In this document: one piece after another, positions 59,387 through 64,000 of the stretch
Numbering within the stretch: the stretch's first letter is position 1
Layout of the letters: the number at the start of each line of letters is the position of its first letter
The notes under the pieces: generated by a model
What the model was told of the DNA's origin: nothing
The model's input: only the letters and a program-made list of their open reading frames with translations
Databases searched by the model: none
Position numbers and translations under genes: made by a program
NCBI GenBank assembly: GCA_965205015.1
Contig: OZ242029.1
Location: 928,001-992,000 of the forward strand
Direction of reading: 5' to 3'
DNA length: 64,000 nt
From: Candidatus Poribacteria bacterium
GTDB lineage: Bacteria; Poribacteria; WGA-4E; WGA-3G

Positions 59387-61219
59387 CTAACCTCCAGTCA
59401 GAACGAAGATTGCTTCTCGAAATTGACCGAGTGGACGTGTGTCATAGGTAATGTCCACTGGAACGACAATTCTCTTTCCCAAAGCGTCACGACGTATCGG
59501 TATTGGAACGGAAAAATCGATGTGACCATCTGATCGCGCTGGAATCGTTGCTTCCGCCGGGGGAAGCTCCATATTCCATGCGCTCGGAAGAATCGGTTGG
59601 GCAATTGCCGTACATGGTTCAGACGAATGATTCGTTATCTCCACGCTTAGCTGTGCCGTTTCCCCAAGTGCGATCTCCTGTTCATAAGGATAACACCGGA
59701 TCCAATGTTCATCCATGCCGTAATTGGCGTGGTCCCAAGGGAAAAGGGCAGTATAGCATTTTTCACGTTCGGCAAGTATGTCCAGCATACACTGAATCTC
59801 AGCGTCAGTAAAATCAAAGGCTGGATCGACATGACAATTAAAGATATGCGTCGGTTCGAGCTGCTGAATACGCCGCAGACATTTCTCGTAACCGACATCT
59901 TTGCCGAGCAAATTCCGATTTCCGGAACAATAGTCGTCTATTCCCGCCATTGTGAAGGAGTCACCTGCAAAAAACATCCGAACACCGCGTCCCTCAACGA
60001 GAAGTCCACCGTGATAATAGGTCTGTCCCGGGAAATGGTATGCCGTCATTGTGAACTCATTCCACTGCCAAGAGTCCGCATCACGGGTAATGCGATCCAC
60101 TCGGGTAACCGAAGGTGAAATACAGGGAAGCCGGAAACCGATTGGATTTGTGATGACACGTGCGACAACCGAATCCGTTATCGTTTCACACGGGAAAGTT
60201 GTCTGAAATTCAGGGATAGCATCAACGTGATCGTCGTGGTAGTGCGTCACCCAAAACTGGGTGACCTCTGAAATTTCGCCGTCTGCTTGCAGCTGTTGGA
60301 TCTGTTTGATAACATTCGGTGAGCCGCAATCCATCACGAATGCTTCACCGTTTTCGGAAATAATCATCCACGTTGTGCCGAAATGACGCAGGAATTCGGG
60401 GGGTGGCTTGCCTTCTCGGATAGGCATGTGTCCCGCGCGTCCCTCAAATTCAGCAAAGAGTTTCGGGAAATAGTGCCGGAGGGCGGAGATTGAGACGTAT
60501 CTATCGTAACAGTGTGCTAACTGCTGTAGGAGCGAATCGATTGCCCTGTCTGGGTTGTTCATAACAACACCGTGCGTGGGAATAAGTGCCGTTGGCGATA
60601 CCCGACGGACTTTCTCAAGACTCCCAGTGAGTTCATCGCGTGCACCGAGAAATCCGTGATAGTCGCTCGTTTGCTGTCCTTTTTGTAAACTGTAGAGTTC
60701 CCACAACTGCCCCTCGTCATAAATGAGATCGCCGGAGAAGGCGAATCGCTCCCCATCAACATCAACGAGATAAGTGACGCTTCCATCGGTATGCCCTGGT
60801 GTTTCAAGGACTGTCAAGGCTGCCGGACCCCATTCAAACTGCACACCGTCGGCATACGTATCCGTCCCAGGGACAGCATTGGCGAGCATGAGATTGTGAG
60901 GGTGATAATTATAGAGATGCCATCGATATTGCGGATCGTTCCAAAAGGTCTCAACCTCGCCAAACCACGCCGCCTCTTTCGCTGGAACGCCGACGCGAAC
61001 ATTATCAGGCATTCGGAAGCCTGCAGTGTTATCTCGATGGTGATGCGTAAACAGAATCTGTTCAACGTCAGTGATCCCGATTTCCGCGAGTGTGGTACAG
61101 AGAGTAGTGCCACTCGGATCAATGAGGAGTGCGCGGCCGCCATCCCGGAGAATACCTGTGTTGACATGCCCGTGATGAACGTATAGGTGATGGCTGAGTT
61201 GAGAAAAGCGAGATTGCAC
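59387..61219 (-). CDS. Tandem MBL-fold metallo-hydrolase
   Basis: THHHRD/TPGHT/FSGD and THYHDDH/PGQT/FAGD; likely GTG start 61219 after AAGGA. Confidence 0.82.
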   Translation of the reverse strand: MQSRFSQLSHHLYVHHGHVNTGILRDGGRALLIDPSGTTLCTTLAEIGITDVEQILFTHHHRDNTAGFRMPDNVRVGVPAKEAAWFGEVETFWNDPQYRWHLYNYHPHNLMLANAVPGTDTYADGVQFEWGPAALTVLETPGHTDGSVTYLVDVDGERFAFSGDLIYDEGQLWELYSLQKGQQTSDYHGFLGARDELTGSLEKVRRVSPTALIPTHGVVMNNPDRAIDSLLQQLAHCYDRYVSISALRHYFPKLFAEFEGRAGHMPIREGKPPPEFLRHFGTTWMIISENGEAFVMDCGSPNVIKQIQQLQADGEISEVTQFWVTHYHDDHVDAIPEFQTTFPCETITDSVVARVITNPIGFRLPCISPSVTRVDRITRDADSWQWNEFTMTAYHFPGQTYYHGGLLVEGRGVRMFFAGDSFTMAGIDDYCSGNRNLLGKDVGYEKCLRRIQQLEPTHIFNCHVDPAFDFTDAEIQCMLDILAEREKCYTALFPWDHANYGMDEHWIRCYPYEQEIALGETAQLSVEITNHSSEPCTAIAQPILPSAWNMELPPAEATIPARSDGHIDFSVPIPIRRDALGKRIVVPVDITYDTRPLGQFREAIFVLTGG

Positions 61220-61223
61220 TGTA

Positions 61224-61490
61224 TCAAAAATCCTTATAGGCGACTGAACGGTGCCGAATTCGGGAAACTTCAATCGTTTGCGTTTGTCTGTCAAAGGTAT
61301 AGATAATCCGGTATATATCAGCAACTCGTAAACTAAACTGCCCTCTGTATCTACCTTTTAGTGCCCTATGTGGATATGTTTCGCAAATGTCACATAACCG
61401 CTCAAGTTTGTTGAGAACTTGCGCTTGAATGTTCGTACTCAAACGTCGCAGATCCCGTCTTGCATTTGAGGTCAGTCTCAATTCATACAT
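61224..61490 (-). CDS. RelE/ParE family toxin
   Basis: MYELRLT..ARRDLRRL...LKG....SLRV..YRIIY....I.HRS.AY. Confidence 0.85.
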   Translation of the reverse strand: MYELRLTSNARRDLRRLSTNIQAQVLNKLERLCDICETYPHRALKGRYRGQFSLRVADIYRIIYTFDRQTQTIEVSRIRHRSVAYKDF

Positions 61491-62182
61491 TTCAAGTTTA
61501 TTCCAAGTTCTTTGGCAACCTCCTCAAGCGTAAACATCTTACCGCCAGATTTTATGTACGCTTCTTCTCGTTTGAGTTCTTCAATGAATTCAGGACGCAA
61601 TTCCAGTCCTTCGTCCGGGTCATAATCATAATCCTCAAGAAACTGCTCAAGTTCCAGATAGCAGACAAAAAACTCCCAGAATTCCGAGCGTACCTGTGTT
61701 ATGATTTCACTTGTTTGTCCCATATTTATTAACTTAACGAGTCGTTCCCGTGAGGCAAAAAGTTTTAGATTTGTGACGCTATCTACAAAAGCACGGAAGT
61801 CAGTAATTGACAACTCGGTAACCTTTATTTCTGGCTGCGGGTCGGTGAGGAGTGCTCCACCCATTTTTCGGGCGATGCGTCCGTCGGGCGATGTCTTCCG
61901 AACTGATTCAACTTTAGCTACACGGTGTCTCAGATGGACGAATATATCTTGGGTCTCCAATACGGAAAGGACATAATTCTCGTGATATTCCAACCCGAAT
62001 GCTAAACCACAGTAACCGTTGAAAAATTCACGGAACTCGCGTTCAAGTGATTCGTGGGAATTATCCGTCGCAAGTAATGCAATTAGTTTTTCACGAGATG
62101 TAAAGAGCAAACCATCTACAATTTGTTCACGGAGCCAATCACGAAACTGCTCCGGTGTCATGTCCCTTATTTCTCTTATCAT
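61478..62182 (-). CDS. Putative antitoxin, long and internally duplicated
   Basis: C-terminal DPDEGLELRPEF...TLEEVAKELG antitoxin-like tail overlapping relE start; GGAG RBS before ATG 62182. Confidence 0.6.
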   Translation of the reverse strand: MIREIRDMTPEQFRDWLREQIVDGLLFTSREKLIALLATDNSHESLEREFREFFNGYCGLAFGLEYHENYVLSVLETQDIFVHLRHRVAKVESVRKTSPDGRIARKMGGALLTDPQPEIKVTELSITDFRAFVDSVTNLKLFASRERLVKLINMGQTSEIITQVRSEFWEFFVCYLELEQFLEDYDYDPDEGLELRPEFIEELKREEAYIKSGGKMFTLEEVAKELGINLKCMN

Positions 62183-62267
62183 TTTGGGTTCTCCCGTTAT
62201 ACAAAAACGGCAGGTGCGACCTGAAACCTTTCGGCTAAAGTCCGAATGTGTGTGACCGTGCCAAAGG

Positions 62268-63656
62268 CTATGCTTCTGCGAATTGTGGTCTGCCGAGGGC
62301 ATCCGTTCTGCCTTGGCGTTTATAGTGAGGCAAGTGTCCACCTGCATCCGCCAAGATCCGCTCTTTTGCAAGGGCGATCCGATCGGCACCTTGGTCAGCG
62401 ATGTTATGCTGACAGGCGACATCTGCTTCAAGGTCAAAGAGCCGGACATCCTGATCGAAGTCGACGCTGGAGAAATACCAACTCCTCGCATCCTTATACC
62501 AAACGGAGTTGACATAGCGACAGGTCAGGTATTCGCGCGACGTCCAACCGCCTTCCCCTTCAACGATCGGAAGCAAACTCTGTCCTTGAATCTCGCCAGC
62601 GGGTTCAACCTGGCTTGCTGCCATAACGGTGGCAGGCACATCAAGCGTATAAACGAATTCATCGCAAGTTGTGCCAGCGTTTACGCCAGACGGGTGACTC
62701 ACCATCATAGGAATATCCATCGTGCCGGGGTACATAAAGTTCGCCGGTTTTCCAGTGGCTTTGTCCGGATTCTCTGCGAAGTTCGTGCCGTGGTCTGCGA
62801 GGAAAATGATGAGTGTGTTCTCACGTAGTCCAAGCCGATCAATGGTATCTACCAACCTGCCAAACCAAGTATCCACAAGCGTTACCAAGCCAGCGTAGTT
62901 GGCTTTAACGCTCGGCAACCGTTCCTCAAGTTCCGCATCGTTGAGTGAACCGTAGGGGAGGTTGAGACAGATAGGTTCGCGGTCTTCGCGCTTACCGTAG
63001 AGATCGTAGTAGTGGATGGGTGCTTCCCACGTTTCGTGGGGCGTGAAACTATCTACATAAAGATAAAACGGCGTATTCTGATGATTGTGTTCAACGAATT
63101 CAATTGCGGAGCGGAATAACCTCGCAGCGTGCCACATCTCCTCTGGACGTTCAGGCTGGACGTTCACAATATGGGCACGGATACGTTCCGGATTGCCTCG
63201 ATAGCGGGACACCAGCGCAGGATCGGCGTGAGCAGCCCCGCGGTACCTGTCTTCGGCTTGACCTCTGACGAATTCCCACTGTCGGAATCCACGCGTGAAA
63301 TTCATGCCCGGCACAAAATAGTGTGGTACATCGGCGAAGAAGCCGGTATGATACCCGTTCTGGACAAGCGATTCAGCAATCGCGGGTTCATCGGAAGACA
63401 TGGGCTGCCAACCCGGAGTATAAACGTTGTCCCAGGGCACAGGGGTATAGGCACTGAATGGATAGGCACGTCTACCGGTGTGTAAAGTGCGGCGCGTTGG
63501 GATCGTCGGTAAGCATTCTGGGTGCGCGTTCGTAAATCTGACGCTCTGTTCGGCAAATCTCGCTAAATTTGGCGTATGGATCCAATCGTTGCCATAAGGA
63601 CTGAGATATGCGGTTCGTAATGTATCCGAAACAACGACGACTATGTTCCAACTCAT
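62268..63656 (-). CDS. Sulfatase-like hydrolase (alkaline phosphatase superfamily)
   Basis: SDTLR, TPNL, TIPTR, PHE, ADHG motifs. Confidence 0.85.
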   Translation of the reverse strand: MSWNIVVVVSDTLRTAYLSPYGNDWIHTPNLARFAEQSVRFTNAHPECLPTIPTRRTLHTGRRAYPFSAYTPVPWDNVYTPGWQPMSSDEPAIAESLVQNGYHTGFFADVPHYFVPGMNFTRGFRQWEFVRGQAEDRYRGAAHADPALVSRYRGNPERIRAHIVNVQPERPEEMWHAARLFRSAIEFVEHNHQNTPFYLYVDSFTPHETWEAPIHYYDLYGKREDREPICLNLPYGSLNDAELEERLPSVKANYAGLVTLVDTWFGRLVDTIDRLGLRENTLIIFLADHGTNFAENPDKATGKPANFMYPGTMDIPMMVSHPSGVNAGTTCDEFVYTLDVPATVMAASQVEPAGEIQGQSLLPIVEGEGGWTSREYLTCRYVNSVWYKDARSWYFSSVDFDQDVRLFDLEADVACQHNIADQGADRIALAKERILADAGGHLPHYKRQGRTDALGRPQFAEA

Positions 63657-63740
63657 TTTTTAATTTTCCTTGCGGTTCGGTTAGGTGAGTTCTGGTTAAT
63701 TAGTTCTTTTCCGTAGATCCGCCTTCCACTATGTTCCAAG

Positions 63741-64000
63741 CTACACGCTTTGGTTATTGGTAGATGCGGAATAATCGAAAACGAGGACATCCTCAACAAG
63801 TGGGCGGATGTGTTCGCCCGCGACTTGGCGGTGAAAGGGGTGTGGCAGATACGCGTCACGTGCCGCTTCGTCTGTAAAACGCACGATAAAACCGTATGCG
63901 TATCCCTGGCTTTTACCTTCAGGACTGTTGTTCGTGCCAGCAGTTATGGATTCAATGCCGGGAATTTCATCAGCCATTCCCAATAGGGCATTGGACAAAG
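63741..64000 (-). CDS. Dabb (stress-responsive A/B barrel) family protein, 5' truncated by window
   Basis: IPGI...G.NNSPE....GY..GF...F.....RDAYLPHP.H...VFDY. Confidence 0.85.
   Translation of the reverse strand, partial: LSNALLGMADEIPGIESITAGTNNSPEGKSQGYAYGFIVRFTDEAARDAYLPHPFHRQVAGEHIRPLVEDVLVFDYSASTNNQSV

Overview
Gene-dense bacterial window. The gene content (many PhyH-type dioxygenases, Gfo/Idh/MocA oxidoreductases, LamG, WD40, Kelch, dockerin+FlgD-Ig proteins, a recurrent C-terminal 'KL.T.WG.LK' tail) suggests Candidatus Poribacteria; this is an inference. It holds: (1) secreted beta-propeller/LamG genes and an ECF sigma-TM-Kelch fusion (0.3-5.2 kb); (2) a defence island (5.6-18.5 kb) with XRE-ImmA/IrrE + DUF4411 PIN, a HEPN-DUF499 ATPase + DUF1156 methylase + GIY-YIG cassette, and several deletion relics; (3) catabolic genes and a housekeeping block (argD, LolB-like, ispE, tRNA-Gln, rplY, amidase, GerMN, pth); (4) the top candidate for a new system, a ~1.9-kb element at 56916-58801. 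It is bounded by 19-bp inverted repeats, encodes only two tandem DUF1670-like HTH proteins with no recognisable transposase, and has a near-consensus promoter driving a short structured non-coding segment into its left end; (5) a RelE toxin with an unusually long, internally duplicated partner. Family assignments come from motif recognition only; no database search was run.
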